A DNA stretch of 64,000 nucleotides from Flectonema sp. DT1601 (GCA_964019425.1 OZ025802.1:434001-498000); one strand, 5' to 3'; counted from the first letter of the stretch, positions 46,101 through 59,512 are shown. Program-made: numbers and translations. Notes: generated by a model not told the origin, from the letters alone.

Positions 46101-47323
46101 TGACTAGAAATATTCAAAAGTTTTAAATAAAGTGTCGCTGCAGTACTATTTCCACGAGACTCAGCTGCACACAACGATCTGTATAATTTTTGAAGCAGAA
46201 TAGATCCAGATGGGAATGTTTCATCGGGTTGAATAAGCGCTGATGCTGCTACTAAGTGGTCAGTTAAAGGTTTTATTGATTGTTTTAAGTTAATTAAATT
46301 TAATTGAAAGTGAGGGTTTCGAACTTGTTTTCTCCACTGATAAACTTCCGACTGTAATGTTGTCGAAAACAATGAAAGAGTTGGGCTCTCCATACAAAGG
46401 ATTCCCTTGTCGCAAACAGACATTACTTTTGTTTGCATTTCAGCTGTTTTGAGAATTGCAAGACTGATCTCCCTTACAGTGTCTGGTGTAAAGCCTTCGA
46501 CAGTAACAAATCTTTCATCTACTTTAGAGACCTGCCATTCTTTTAACCGACTGTCGTACTGAAACAGAGCTGATGACCTTCCCTCTACTGCTTCTCTAAG
46601 AGCGTCTACAACAGCACTTTCAGTTGCTACGTAACACTTTACTGAAGGATGAATAGCGAGCATACATCCTGCTGTTAGTTGATCACCGCGTGCTGTTTTC
46701 TTTACTTCGGTATATTCACTTCGTAGCCAAGTTGCCCAGGCGAGGTCGTCGTCTGCTACTTTTGATTTCTTTATTACTTTTGTTGATTCAGTTACGGTGT
46801 TACCAACCAGAAACAGTTTTGGAATCCCCTGAGCAAAGGCAGTTTCATATTTTGGTTTTGAAGTTGTGTTAACAGCTTCCAGTGGTGGGTTAGCGTTGCC
46901 ATTGTTACGTAGCATTCGGCCGAGAGGTCTCCAGGTAGAGGCTTCGATGGATGCTTCGTCAGGGAAGTTGGTAATTCCAAGTTGCCGCATCGACGATTTT
47001 GATTTGTATGTCGTACAACCTCCTTTTCTATGTAGTCTTGACAGGATTGCACATATTGAGTCAGAAACAAATGGTGATGACACCTTCAGCATTTCTTGCA
47101 ACTCCTCAACACGCGTTGTTGCAGCTTCCCTCCCTTCCTGTGCCATCGATACTTTCGCAGCCCGGAACCAAATCTCATTATCACACTTTCCTTCATTAGT
47201 TTTTCTAGTAGCGTGGACTCCAGCAGGGTCGATGCATTCGTCGAGAACATCAAAAGCAAACTGACGGGTGTCAGGAATGCTTAATCGTTGACCCAACTCC
47301 TTCAGAGATGAGATCGTATTCAT
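43167..47323 (-). CDS. Gamma-tubulin complex component, GCP6-like (GRIP1, long insertion, GRIP2); at least 2 exons, start uncertain
   Basis: LLQKLY..LLNISSQPLL, IPEFL..ISSTG, LKDHLAILQCVYL, LRYEIQRLLQGLATYM; in-frame intron 43783-43868. Confidence 0.65.
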
Positions 47324-48140
47324 GTTTGTGTCATGTGGAACTCTGTTTTGAATTAGTTCATACAAACTGATTGAAAGGTTTGACGAAACTGTTTTGTGAC
47401 ATTCAAAAAGTTGAGGGTCACTACTTTCCGATAACGAAAAGAATAGTTTTAATCAAAGCAACGATGTGTGTTTTTGAAATCAGATAAGTGAAATAGTACC
47501 AACTAATCGATATCTACCTACTGAAACAAAATATCGGCATGAAAAACATAACAAATTTATTTAAGGAAGGAAGAGAAGATCTGTGCGCACCATTGATTAA
47601 TCCTCGAAAATATATAAAACGGGATAGGAACGTCACTACTTCGGTTCTCCTTAAAAAGGAAACAAAAGAAAAAAAAAAAAAAAAAAACTGAACAATTGCG
47701 TAGCAATTGCCAGTCGTGATGATATTTATTAGTGAGAGTTATCAATCAATTATATTATAAGGAAATCAAACAAATAATAGTTTGGTTATCGGGGATAAAA
47801 AAAAAAAAAAATGATTTTTTTCTTTCCACCATACCTCTCAGCGAAGAAAGTAAAGGCATACTGACCCATCGCGTTTGCCATTCTCAAGAAAAGAGTTTTG
47901 TTACATTGCTGTACAGCATGAGTTCTCAAAGGAGGTTACTCACAGAGACAGATGACCCAATCCGTAACCGTTTCCGAAGACTCAGCACATGGATTATTGA
48001 TTTAGCTTCACAGCTAATGCAGTCTTTAATAAATAAAAATATAATCGAGCCTTTGGTCTCGTTCGGTAATTCCTGAGGTGCGAAAAAAACGGAATTGTGA
48101 ACTGTGATCCATCGGGTCAATTATACTTTTTTTTTTTTTT

Positions 48141-48293
48141 TTAGCAAAATACAAACTGATGACTACGAGGGGGTCTGGGAAGCCCGCATCAGTAAGGACC
48201 CAATCGCGAAGATTGTAGTTTCGTAGTATCGGCTGGAAGTGATCGACTTCCAGCCTCCACCTTGCCCAGAGGCTAACAGGTTGTAAACAACTA
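48141..48293. repeat. Structured dispersed repeat, copy 3 (best preserved, abuts T run 48127-48142)
   Basis: Matches 40475-40610; perfect hairpin GGCTGGAAGT/ACTTCCAGCC at 48231-48255. Confidence 0.85.
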
Positions 48294-48810
48294 CTTCCTG
48301 CCACATAAAAGTGTGGATGCAAAAAAAATAAAAAAAAACAAAGCAAGACTAATAACAAAAAAAAAAACACGTCAGTTTTTTAGAATAAAATGCGGTGCGT
48401 GTTACAGCGCTGTAAACACTATAGTAATGTCAGACTGGTTAGAACAAAAAATAATGGTTTGTCAAAAAGCTTTTTTTTGATTCTTTTTTTTCAAACGGAT
48501 AACAAAACAGAATAACCTTATTGAAGCCATCGTTGAAAATATTTCTGATCGAGTTACGAAATAGAAAGTTTTTCAGGCTTTCCTTCAGACGGAGAAATCA
48601 AAACAGAAAACAGAAGCCCTGAAAGGACACAAATTCGGAGGTTCCTCGAGCTGGGTTTTTTTAAAATATCTTTTTTAACATTATTTCTTCCGAGAATCAA
48701 AAAAAAACAAACAGAAACACAGAGAAAACGATAAAAAGAAAACAGTTTTGTCACAACGACGACGACGACAACAAAACTAATAAAAGGCTTTCTACATAAA
48801 AGAATATCAA

Positions 48811-50055
48811 CTACAGAAATGTCAGGTTAGATTTAATAAAATTCAAACCGAAAGTCTGAGTCGCAGATCTCGCAACCAAAGCATCTTTTGGATTCGGAAC
48901 TTTAAAAGGAATTCCCTTACGACGACATTCCTTCCAAGTTGGATATTTCTTGCAGGTTCCATGATAGCGACAGGTTTGGGTTAAGTCAGTACCTGGACAT
49001 CCGTGATTGGTATTTAAAATCGGGTTTGACATCCATTTATTAAGCATTTGTTTCTCATCAACACAAACAGAAGGCATTGGTTCCATTGGAGTTGGTCCAC
49101 AAAGTATATTACCTAATAAATCAACTTCATTTTGAACAACAGGTGCGTGGTAATGAGCTCCATCAAATGACAGTGATGAATTCCATGTTAAGTGATGCGT
49201 TTCAATGAAAGGAACACCTAAACACCCAGCAGTATTCCTCATAATCTCTCTGTACAAAACAACTTTCTCAGGCTTGTTACATGGTTTGCAATATCTCCCA
49301 GCTTCTGGAACACAGATATCAGGATTTATGTAACGGATTCCCCAGGCCATTAGTTTCGCAGATTTCTTCTTTAACCTCTGCAATAACGTGATGAAAGCTT
49401 TAAGATGCCAGAAATAAGTATCAACAGCACAATGATAACCTCCCATGTCCCACATACCATTAGCGATTATGATGTAGTCGGCTTCTTTTATAATCATCCT
49501 TGAATAAGGTTTGTAGAACACTTGGTTCGTAAAGTCATTAGCAGGTACTGCTATTGCCGGTTTAGAAATATAATGTAATTTCCAATCACGATGATCAGCT
49601 AGCATTAGGTATAAAAATGTATTCGTTGAGCCGTCTTTTCGTATGTTTGAAATGTTCAGTCTCGCGGCTACTTCACGTAAGAGTGAGTCGCCAATCATTA
49701 CGATTGATTTTCCTTTCATACATTTGTTCCAGTCATTTGCTGTTCTATATCTTTTAAAAGTACAGTTTTGCGGCTTATATGAATTCTGATTTTTCGATAA
49801 CGTACCTCTCCTTAGATCAATATTTTTATTACAAAATCGATTATCTATTTGTTTTCCACGAGCCGTTGTTGTTGTTGTTGTTGTCACATTTGGGGCTTTT
49901 GTTATATTTGCTGCTGCTTGTGTTTCTGAATGCTTCACCTCCTGTACATCAATTTCTTTCACATGTTTTCCCCCATTCCCATTCCCAACTGCGCTACATG
50001 TAAGAACTACTGCTATCCCAACGAATATGAATAAAAGAATAATCGCCAACCTCAT
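48811..50055 (-). CDS. Type II membrane SGNH-like PC-esterase/TBL-family putative O-acetyltransferase or esterase
   Basis: N-terminal signal anchor, Thr-rich stem, MIGDSLLR, NGMWD, DGAHY. Confidence 0.78.
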   Translation of the reverse strand: MRLAIILLFIFVGIAVVLTCSAVGNGNGGKHVKEIDVQEVKHSETQAAANITKAPNVTTTTTTTARGKQIDNRFCNKNIDLRRGTLSKNQNSYKPQNCTFKRYRTANDWNKCMKGKSIVMIGDSLLREVAARLNISNIRKDGSTNTFLYLMLADHRDWKLHYISKPAIAVPANDFTNQVFYKPYSRMIIKEADYIIIANGMWDMGGYHCAVDTYFWHLKAFITLLQRLKKKSAKLMAWGIRYINPDICVPEAGRYCKPCNKPEKVVLYREIMRNTAGCLGVPFIETHHLTWNSSLSFDGAHYHAPVVQNEVDLLGNILCGPTPMEPMPSVCVDEKQMLNKWMSNPILNTNHGCPGTDLTQTCRYHGTCKKYPTWKECRRKGIPFKVPNPKDALVARSATQTFGLNFIKSNLTFL

Positions 50056-50848
50056 TTTTGTATGTTGAGGTTTTGACTTATAATAGAAAATAATAATTTT
50101 TTTTATTAATAAAACTAGTTTTGACTTGTTTGGTGTAATGCGAGAGGAAAATCAAATACTGGTTTCTCAAAAAAAAAAGAAAAGGAAACGGCTAGTATAA
50201 GAGAAAGGAAAGCAAGACTAAAAAAAGAAAAATAACCTCATAGCAAACCAAGTGCACACTCAAATTATAAATATAATTATTAGTGGTAAGTGATTAGCTT
50301 ACAAGAACTTCGAAAGCAGACAGTTACTATGGAGACTCAACAAAGCGTGTCTGCCATCGCTGCGGTTAGTACAGCCGACAGTATAAGAAGAAGAGGTATT
50401 CAAAGAAAAAAACACTTCAAGATGGAAAATGAGAGGAAGAAATATTACCAATATAAGAAAAACATAATAAAAAAAAAAAAAAAAAGAGAAGTGTTTTTTT
50501 TCTGATTTCTATTTTTTTTTTAAGTTAGAAAAAAAAAGGCTTCCAAAAAAGAAAGGAAAAAAAAAAAATTCTCCCTAACAAGGTATGCTTCGATTTGCTA
50601 TTCGTGTTGAATTGGAGCCTTATGAAAATAAATATAAAAACCTCTGTTTGATACATGAGTAAGTTCAAGTAATTCAGAGGATCCCATACCCATAAGTGAC
50701 GGAGTAGTATCAGTTCACTTATAGGGATCGCAAGAAAGAAGTTGAGTTAGAAAAAAACAGTTTTGATTTTTTTTTTTTTTTTTTTGATAAAACAATTCCT
50801 TCACTTTCGTAATAGTATTTGCTGTTCACTTGTCTCGGCTGAGTTTTT

Positions 50849-51628
50849 TTACTGAAAAGCTGGTTCATTAAGAGCACAGTTACCACAATTACCCTTCCCA
50901 CATGGAGGAAGGCACGGGCCTTGAAACATTCTAGGACACCAATTGTCGACGCACTCACCTCTAATGACTCTACACTGATCGTATCCTGATGTCTCACATT
51001 TATGAATTGGTATTTGTGAGCAATCAATTCCTTTGCTACTCATCGATGCGAATATTAATTTCACATCCGAATCGATATCAACCTTCTCGAGATAGTTTGA
51101 TGGAATCTGTTTTCTAAATGACATCATCTTGTGTGAATCTCTGCCTGTATCACTAATGAATCGCGGTCCGCACTGAGAAGGAACCCAATTGTTGACTGTC
51201 AGGTAGTTTCTAAAGTCTGAATTTAGTCCGAATTCACATCCATTACACTTATAGATGTTAATGTAAATATCACACATCTTAACTGAAGGGTCGTTAGCAC
51301 ACCAAAATCTGAAACAGGAACCAGCATGAATGTCCCATGGTGGGATGTAAGCGAAGTTTAGTATTTGTGATTCAGGAATGTCGAAAAACTTTGAATTAAC
51401 CGTCTCTGGATTAACCCAACCTGACATATGATTCGAGAGCTGACCGCCTCCAAGTGAAAGTAACTCATGCATAGCAAATCCAACTGTCGCAGTGTCTTCA
51501 GATGGATCAGAATTGCGGCTGCTCAAGACACACCAAGAGACATCTTTTGGATACCTAGCCAAGTCTTCATCTGGTTCCATTGCATAGGCAGCCGCAACAA
51601 GAGTTATGACTGATGCGATAGTCTTCAT
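50849..51628 (-). CDS. Secreted cysteine-rich protein, unknown function
   Basis: 259-aa ORF, signal peptide MKTIASVITLVAAAYA, Cys-rich C-terminus. Confidence 0.7.
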   Translation of the reverse strand: MKTIASVITLVAAAYAMEPDEDLARYPKDVSWCVLSSRNSDPSEDTATVGFAMHELLSLGGGQLSNHMSGWVNPETVNSKFFDIPESQILNFAYIPPWDIHAGSCFRFWCANDPSVKMCDIYINIYKCNGCEFGLNSDFRNYLTVNNWVPSQCGPRFISDTGRDSHKMMSFRKQIPSNYLEKVDIDSDVKLIFASMSSKGIDCSQIPIHKCETSGYDQCRVIRGECVDNWCPRMFQGPCLPPCGKGNCGNCALNEPAFQ

Positions 51629-51965
51629 GGTTTATATAAAAAACTGTTGAAAAAAAATGTTAAATTTTGAGTAAATCTTTTTAACCAACATGCCACACAG
51701 AAGTAATTCCTGCTAAGTAGAATTATATTAAAATCATAACATCAATAAACCACTACACCATATCACTATCTACTCACAGACATATTAACTAATAAATCTA
51801 ACTATTGCTTTGAGGAACATTATAGTCCCGTACAAGAAAAGGTAATCACTGTCACCAGAATTGGTGAAGGTCAACAACAACTATCTGAAACTATAAAAAA
51901 TAATACAAATTAATAACATTTTGTTACTATTCCCAACTCGTATCCAATCTGACTCAGAGAGTTCT

Positions 51966-52634
51966 CTATTTAATAGGTGATCTCTGTGAGTAATTAGGCG
52001 GTGAATGAGAAGCCCTCAAAGGCGGAGTTGGTGAGACGCGATGTGGAGAAGGTGATGGTGAGAGGCTACCAGTAATAAGTTCGTTCAGGTTTTGTTCTAA
52101 AATCGGACGTTGAGTCTGAACGTGGAGGGATAGCAGCTGTCTGAGTGATTTTATCGATCGCTTGCGTTCCTTTAGTTTCTCATTCAAAGCGACTATTTGA
52201 GTAGACTGCTGACTAATAACTTTTTCACATGCACACTGGTGTGGTGGTGTTATCCCTTTACGAGCTAATAGAAGTTCCTGTCGAAGACTTTCATTTTCAT
52301 TTTGAAGTATCGCACACTTCACCTGACTCTGTTGTAGTAAGTCGAGTGTTTCTGGATCACAAGCATCTCCGTCTTCACTCGGAACTGGGACATTTGGACT
52401 AACGATTACTGATTTCTGACCATTCCACATCTGTCTGGCTGTCATATATTTATCAAACAATTGTTTCGCTTCATCTTCACTATTTATCATTAGAGGTGAT
52501 CCTCCCCTGTCGTGCATCAGTTTAATATCTTGAGCAAGTTCTAAGGCTGCTTGTGGGCTGTCCACTTCATTTAATGATCTCCTTTTTAACAACGGAGATG
52601 GAGACTGTGATCCAACAGTACCAGGACTCTGCAT
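51966..52634 (-). CDS. Coiled-coil, Ser/Pro-rich protein, unknown function
   Basis: 222-aa ATG-started ORF co-oriented with neighbours; heptads LQNENESLRQEL, IVALNEKLKERK. Confidence 0.65.
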   Translation of the reverse strand: MQSPGTVGSQSPSPLLKRRSLNEVDSPQAALELAQDIKLMHDRGGSPLMINSEDEAKQLFDKYMTARQMWNGQKSVIVSPNVPVPSEDGDACDPETLDLLQQSQVKCAILQNENESLRQELLLARKGITPPHQCACEKVISQQSTQIVALNEKLKERKRSIKSLRQLLSLHVQTQRPILEQNLNELITGSLSPSPSPHRVSPTPPLRASHSPPNYSQRSPIK

Positions 52635-52723
52635 GTTTATTTGTGTTTCTGATTGTGAAATAGCTTATAGTGATTCTACAGTAGTATTCCGTGTTGTGTT
52701 ATTCTGGTTCTGAAATATGTTAA

Positions 52724-54469
52724 CCCTTACACCACCGGAGCTGATATATCAGTCTGAAAAAAAAATTTTTTTTTGCTAAGTGAAAATTTTGCATTTCTGA
52801 GTACAACGATTTCACGGGAGAGGTATTATTGCAATGTCTTTTATGTTCCTTACGTGTTGCGCCGCAATAGTTTTTATTAAATGGTAAATTTTCCATTTGC
52901 TAAAGCTGGCCAAAATCAACTTGGGAAATATGTCGGTCCACAGTTCTGATGAGGATGCAACAGTATTTGTTAATCCATCGTCGGTGTGCTCCGATTCGTC
53001 ACTTGACGAAGTATCTGACCCCAAATGGGAAGGGGAGGTAACAAGGGTTACCAAGAATAAAAACGCGTTTCCAAGAAACGTTAAAGATTAGAGTTGCACG
53101 CAAGTCGGAGCTGCAGGTTTTTGAGTTTTCCTTCGGATAATCAGTTTTCCAGCTGATGAAGAAAAACTCTGAGGTCTATGCCTCACAGAGGGGAAGAAAA
53201 TTTAAAACCAGCACGCAGGAGCGAAGGGCCTTTGTTGGCACAACACTACTGACGCGCCTCCCAATAAAATCTAACCTGGGGGATTCCTGGGGTTTGAATG
53301 ACATGCTGTTGACCCCCCTGTTGTTCTTTCCGCAAGTGTTTTCACGTAATCGCTTTGCCGAAATACTGAGGAACTTACACTTCTCTGCGATATTACCTGC
53401 TCCCGAGCATGAGGATCCGAAGTGGAGACGTGTATTTTGAATTCCTTTATCCTGATGCGACGTGGGCATGGTGGAATTTGGACGGATAATAGTGAATCTG
53501 GCTGGAGAAGCAAGAGATTCTTATCCTTCAAATTGGCTTTGTTTTGGGCAGCTTATAGGTACATTTAAACGTACCAGAGCGGCACCAACACTATTAATAA
53601 CACCATCAGTACCGCCTTCTCCACAATCAGTATCAATCCCTGATCGCCTCAAGCCAGCTTTGGGACACTACCCCGGAAAGATGGAAAAGGCTCGTCGGTG
53701 TGCAGTTCGCGCAAAGCGCGCACAATCACTAGATTACTGTGAGCGATGCAACCAAGCGCTTTGTGCTTACCCATATTTCAAAAGGTATCACATCCTCCAA
53801 AACTACAAAATTCCTTGTGATGTTCCTAAACCGCCAACTTCCCAAAAATCCAGTATGCCAGGCTGGTGGGGTAAAGAGGTGGAAGTTTATAAATCCAGCC
53901 CAACACGGTCTGATCTGAGTAGCTGCACTGTTACTAATGAAGTTCCATGATCTGGGATCGATGTTATTTATATTTTTCGAGCTCATCAACCCCGATGCGG
54001 TAATCCTCCTGTGTGTCTGAACCTGCTGTGCCATGATGCAGGTTGTTTGCGTATTTTCCGCTACCACGGAGGGCTTTTACAAGCTCAAAAAACAGGGAAA
54101 AAATCTGATTTTTCGATTTAATATCGGCCGTGATTTGGCATTCTCTTTACTTGGGCTCCCTCTGACATGATGTTGCGCAGAAACATCATCCCTTTCAAAA
54201 TACGGGAAGGGAATAACATGCAGCTGCTATGAATGGAAACCGTTGAGTACGTTATTGCGACACTGCCGACTTTGTTAGTTCTGCTGAATGTGCAACAACG
54301 CACCAAGGTACGCACCGTTAGGTGTGTGGGTGACAGGTGCTATTGACCCGTAGGAGTAGTTGTGTCCGGTTTGGTACATAGGTTTTCTGGGGGGGTACCT
54401 TTTCTCTTTTTGAAAAAACAGTAAAATTTTGGACCTGTTGTTTTGGGGGTTCTTACGGTGGTGTAAGGG
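52724..54469 (+). mobile_element. Non-autonomous piggyBac DNA transposon (1746 bp)
   Basis: TTAA TSD at 52720-52723 and 54470-54473; perfect 14-bp TIRs CCCTTACACCACCG / CGGTGGTGTAAGGG. Confidence 0.93.
52930..53800 (+). pseudogene. Degenerate, internally deleted piggyBac transposase
   Basis: Acidic N-terminus, FSRNRFAEILRNLHF, and C-terminal RRCAVR..YCERCNQALCAYPYFKRYH; stops and frameshifts; no DDD core seen. Confidence 0.8.
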
Positions 54470-54646
54470 TTAAAGAATAATAGAAATACCAGTAACCTCG
54501 ATCGATACCTTTCACAAATAGATTGCACTGACGACGCAATGTAGGCAAACAAAACAAAAGGGTTAACAGATAAGAAAGAAGGTTGTGTAAATAAATTTAA
54601 CGAATCGAGAAAACAAAACAAAACAACAAATCTGAATGATATAAAA

Positions 54647-57600
54647 TCACTTTACAGCGATCCTTTCGGATGTGAGTACTAAGAAGCTACCATCACCTAA
54701 TTGGTAAGAAACCTCAACAATAATAGAATTGTTTAACGGAAGAGGAATCACAAGTGTCGTACTCACAATGTTCTGATCATCAAGCGAGTAACGAGCTGGT
54801 GAAACAATAGCGGGCATGTCTGAGTCTGTTGTCCAAACGCCTATCCATAAAACTGGATTATGAGGGATGAATTCAGGTGATGAAAGTTGTACAGAAACAT
54901 CCAACAGATGAACTTGTTCTTTATTTTTTGAAGGAATTGAAGAAGGAAGTGATGACAAGAAGAACATTCGAATCGGACGAGGTTGTTTCAAATCATTTCC
55001 CTGAAGTAGTTTATCAATCTCATAAAGTGATAGCAGCGATAAGTTAGCAGACAGATTGTTATTCCAGAGAGGAATTGTTTTAGAAACGATTCGAAAAGGT
55101 TTTGATACGCCACAGACATCTGCTACAGTTGGTATGTCAGATTTACCTGCGACTCTGATCGCCCCTCGACGAGGGTTTCGCAAAGCTTCCATCTCTGAAA
55201 CTACTTCTTCAGAAACACTACTTCGATTCTGCAGAGTTTCAACAGAAAACGAATTATAATTATCATCAAGAGAACAGAACCTACTAAGAGATCCAAAAGT
55301 AGTTAAACATGATTCATCTTCACCAATAAAAGGCTGAGACCTAAAGCTACGTAATCGACTACTTGTCGCACTCGTTAGTTCATGCCATGCAGACTTCCTA
55401 CTTCGAAATGCTTGCGGTTCGTACTTTGCTCTCATTCTGTATGTTCCAGTTTGGAACAATAGAAAGTAATTCTTTGGAAAGACAACATTAGTTTCTTTAT
55501 TATTATGATTGACGTCTATTTTATTATGTGGTGGGGGAATCATTAACTCTTCCCACTTGTTGCCGTGAAGCTTTGCAGGATTTTGAAACTCTAAAGACAA
55601 GTCGAAGTATCCTTCCAATGCGTGACAAGGTTCTCCTCTGGAATCAAGAACTGAAATATAAACTAGATTTACTTCTTCTGAATGAAAGACATGTCTAGAA
55701 AACCTAATACAAACAGTTTCAGGAACATGAGACACGACAACAGGACCTGTCACATGTGATATCGTTACTCTGCTTGACATTTCGTAGACTACTCGAAGAC
55801 GACAAGTTCCAGCTTTTGTAATTCTCGCCTTTGCTTTGGTCAAAGTACTGCTGTCAGGGGGTTTTGTTTTACCATTTTTTAATCGTCTTGGGACAGAGAA
55901 TGGCATAAAAGGAGTTTTGTTTTTATATTTTAAGTGGATTTGAGTTATAGATCCAACAGTGTCATCCTCCTCATCTCCATCAGGTAAATCTTCTACTAAC
56001 TGAAGAAGGACAGCATCACCAGCGTATGGTGTCAATTCCCTCCATCCACCATGAGAAGGGATTGCTAAAGAGACAGTCACAGTGAACTTTTCATTCATTC
56101 TAATATGATGAACTCTGTCAGGTGTTGTATCAGCTGTATTGAGACGGGTTAACAAAGTTAGTCCTTTCCAGGGTTTGTGAGTCGATGTCCACACTCTCAG
56201 TTCTTCCATAATCCACCTCCTTCCCAATCGATCCATAAAATAAATATAAATCCTTTCTTCTTCTTCAACAATTGACAGCAATATCGCACAAACTTTCTTC
56301 GTTAGTTCGAATCGATACAAAAACTGTTTCCATGAGAAGAGACATGAGACATCAAGAGGTGCTGTGTTGTTATTTCTTTTTGAAAAACTAACTTCTTCAG
56401 ATTCCACAAATCAACAAAAGAAGAGAACTATTTCATACCAACAACGTCTGTTAAGAGTGAACTGGATTCGATTGCAGCAACAGTCAGTCTTCTCTTTGCT
56501 TCAGCAACAACAAGAAGTCTTCGTTCTTCAGCTGGATGCATTCTAATAGAACAAGTAGAATGAATACCAATACGAGCAGTGTATCCAGCGAAGAATAAAA
56601 CGCCTCTTACTGTCCATCTTCCTGAATGTGGGAACACAACAGTACAACTTCCCTGTCCGTTCACAATTCTAATTGAGTGGATTGGGTTTCGAGGTATTTT
56701 TGTACATGCCGCCCGCCTTCCTAATTGTTATTAGTCTTAGTTAGTGTTGTTAATCATTCGCATTTTTGTTGTTTATTATTATTTCAGCATACCTACATTC
56801 GGTCGAACTCTGTCCCACATTCCTTTCTTTGGTGACGGGTAGGATTGACCGACGCTACTTGCTACAGGTCTGGGACTGAGAACTTTCTTTGTTGGTTTTC
56901 GTGGTATTGTCTTCACAATAACAAAGCTTGTCTCTGCTACAGGATCAGAAGGGTTGATATGATTCTCAGGGAATATATAAACCTCAACAAATCCAGAAAC
57001 TGGAATAATCATCCTCGTTAATCTACTACAAATGGTGAAGGCCATCGCTGATGGTACCTGTTTGAGTTCGAGTGCAATACATCGTCTTAACAAGAACAAG
57101 AATAGGAAAATTAAATACAAACCTCAGAATATTGCTCACTAAAACCAACACTTAGCTTCAGTGACGATGCTTGTACTCCCTCAGCAAATCCAGTCATCGC
57201 AAGCAATGAAGCGTTGTCTTGAAGAAGTGTGAACTCTGCCGTCTCGACAACTGTCGGTAGTTGAATACTTGGAACTCCCGCATCATCGAGAAAGAATATA
57301 TTAAACACTACTAATATACAATATTCTCCTGCTGGACCAGTTACTGAAAGGTCTTTAAAAGTACAACGTCCGTCTTCAATCCATTTTCTGTTATTTCCAG
57401 TCATGAATGCCCCAACAACTTCAGACTTCCTTCTCTTTGATTTTCTATGTAAATATGCTGTTGCATAGTATGGGACTCGACGTCGTAAGGGGTAGCCTGA
57501 TCTATAAATAAGACCGACAGAAAACTCAATACTCTTTCCACCAGACACATGATAAGGATCACAATCTTTTATAATAGTGCCGAGTATGTGTCTACGAGAG

Positions 57601-59512
57601 GATGTTAATTTCTTTACTAAGAGTGCAAGCTTTGCTGCGAAATACAAACTAGCGAGAGGACGATACTCCCTAACTCCCACATAAGATGTTAGTTGACGAA
57701 AGACTATCCTGCTAGCTCTGTCATCAATTGGTATTAGTGAAAGAGTTATTACTTTAATTGATCGGTGGGATCCTTCACAGTCTTTCTTCTTCTTCTTTTG
57801 TAAACAAGACGCGACCTGTAGTGACACAGGGTCAACAAAGGCAGCCTGAGAAGCGCCTTTCCCCTGTCGCAACTGCTGCACTGAAAGTAAAACAGCACTT
57901 CGGCTTTCAGACACTTCAGTAGAACCTGACAGGGAGACGATGCAGAAGTTATTTTGTTGATTTGTAAGTAAGAAATGACTTTCCTGATCAATCATTCTTT
58001 CACAATGTGATATAACACTAAGTGGTTGGAACTTACTACTGTACCTGTACAGCTTACCCGACTCACAAGAGTGTTCCCATGGACGTTTGGTAGTATTCAT
58101 ACTCTGATCGAGTCTTACTGTGTCATTTAGAAGAAAAGATTTTGATCGTTTTATTGTGGCCTTTCTTTCAAGTATAGATTGCCTTGATACGATACTACTT
58201 GGGACTAGTGTTGGTGATAATTCTGATACTTCTCTTAAGATTAATTGCATCGCTTCATTGTGTAATCCATCCTCAGGGTCCGTAACCATTCCATTTGGTG
58301 GTGCTAATATTAGTACCAACACCGCATGGTGTCTTTCGTGGTAATCAAAGGCTATGTTAGCGACTGATTTACTGGCATCTGTGATGTCGGAATGCGCTCC
58401 ATCTGAACCAAACATTCGATTTCCACATCTGTTTTTTTTTTTTGTTTTTTGTTAAACTACTGAATTAAAAACAACAGTACCAAATCATACCTAACAATAG
58501 GAAGTCTCCTAAGATCTGGAGTAATACTGGCTTGAGAATGATTTACTGTAGTTGGCAGATGATACACAACGTGACCTAAATCACTCACTCCATCAAACCT
58601 TTGTTGAACAGCTTTATATAAAATAGTTGCTACGACTAAACAACAACAAATAGATGAATAATCAACGTTAGGGTTTATGATGGTTGCTATTATTATATTG
58701 AAGACTCCGATAATGCTGGCTAGTTCACAGTCTCTTGGAGGTAGTGAAAACGCCTGATTCACAGCTAAGATTTCTGACGATGATAAAACTCTTTCATTGG
58801 ATGAGATTTGTTGATAATAATTTATAACAGGTTCCTGTCGAGTGACCTTCGAAGACAGATCACAGTTCTCAGGCGTACTTGACATTCTCCTGCTGTCTAT
58901 ACTTCCCTTTGTTGAGACTGATAGTCTTGTTGAGACTGAAGACCTTTTAATAATTGTAACAAAAGGAGGAACAGAGAACTCATCACAGATATCTGTTCTT
59001 ATTGACTCAGATAGAGGTGTCTTTCCAATTGTCATATCTTGAGAACTTGTTCTTGAGCGAGAGCGAGAAGTCTTCCTAGCAGATCTACCTGAAGTCATTG
59101 GGCTAACGTAGTCTATAAATCCTGTGAGAGCATCAGAAGGAAGGGATGCAAATTTTCTTTTAACCGGTTGTTGAGTTTTAGAAATAACAGTTGAACTTCT
59201 AACACGACCTCTACGTGAAGGAGATGACACATCAACTGCTCGTGGTGATGTGATTTGTTGGTACTCAGGAATATCAGAAGGCAATGAAACTCTTCTCACC
59301 CGAGGACTTCTTTGACAAGGAGAGAGAGGAGAACCAATTGGTAGTGACTCATCTACTAAGCTTAATAATCTAGCAGGACTACCCTGAGACATTGATCTCG
59401 ATCTTCCTTGTTGATGATTAGCTTTGCCTTTGGTTTGCTTTTCCATCGACTGTTCCGCCATTTGAACAAATCGATCTCTCAATGAATCCCGATAGTCCTT
59501 TCTCCAAGTCAT
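54647..59512 (-). CDS. Large protein of unknown function; 5 exons
   Basis: Five track ORFs join in frame through introns 58429-58490, 57058-57122, 56721-56792 and 56362-56438; Ser/Arg-rich N-terminus, beta-rich segments. Confidence 0.72.

Noticed and set aside
26174..47323. Functional cilia/centrosome gene cluster (PKD2, IFT88, GCP6-like)
   Set aside because: Interspersed with unrelated genes; such genes are numerous in flagellates, so proximity is unremarkable.
48155..48230. Hammerhead ribozyme or C/D snoRNA from CTGATGA
   Set aside because: No GAAA after a closed stem II, no adequate stem I on either strand, and no terminal D box.
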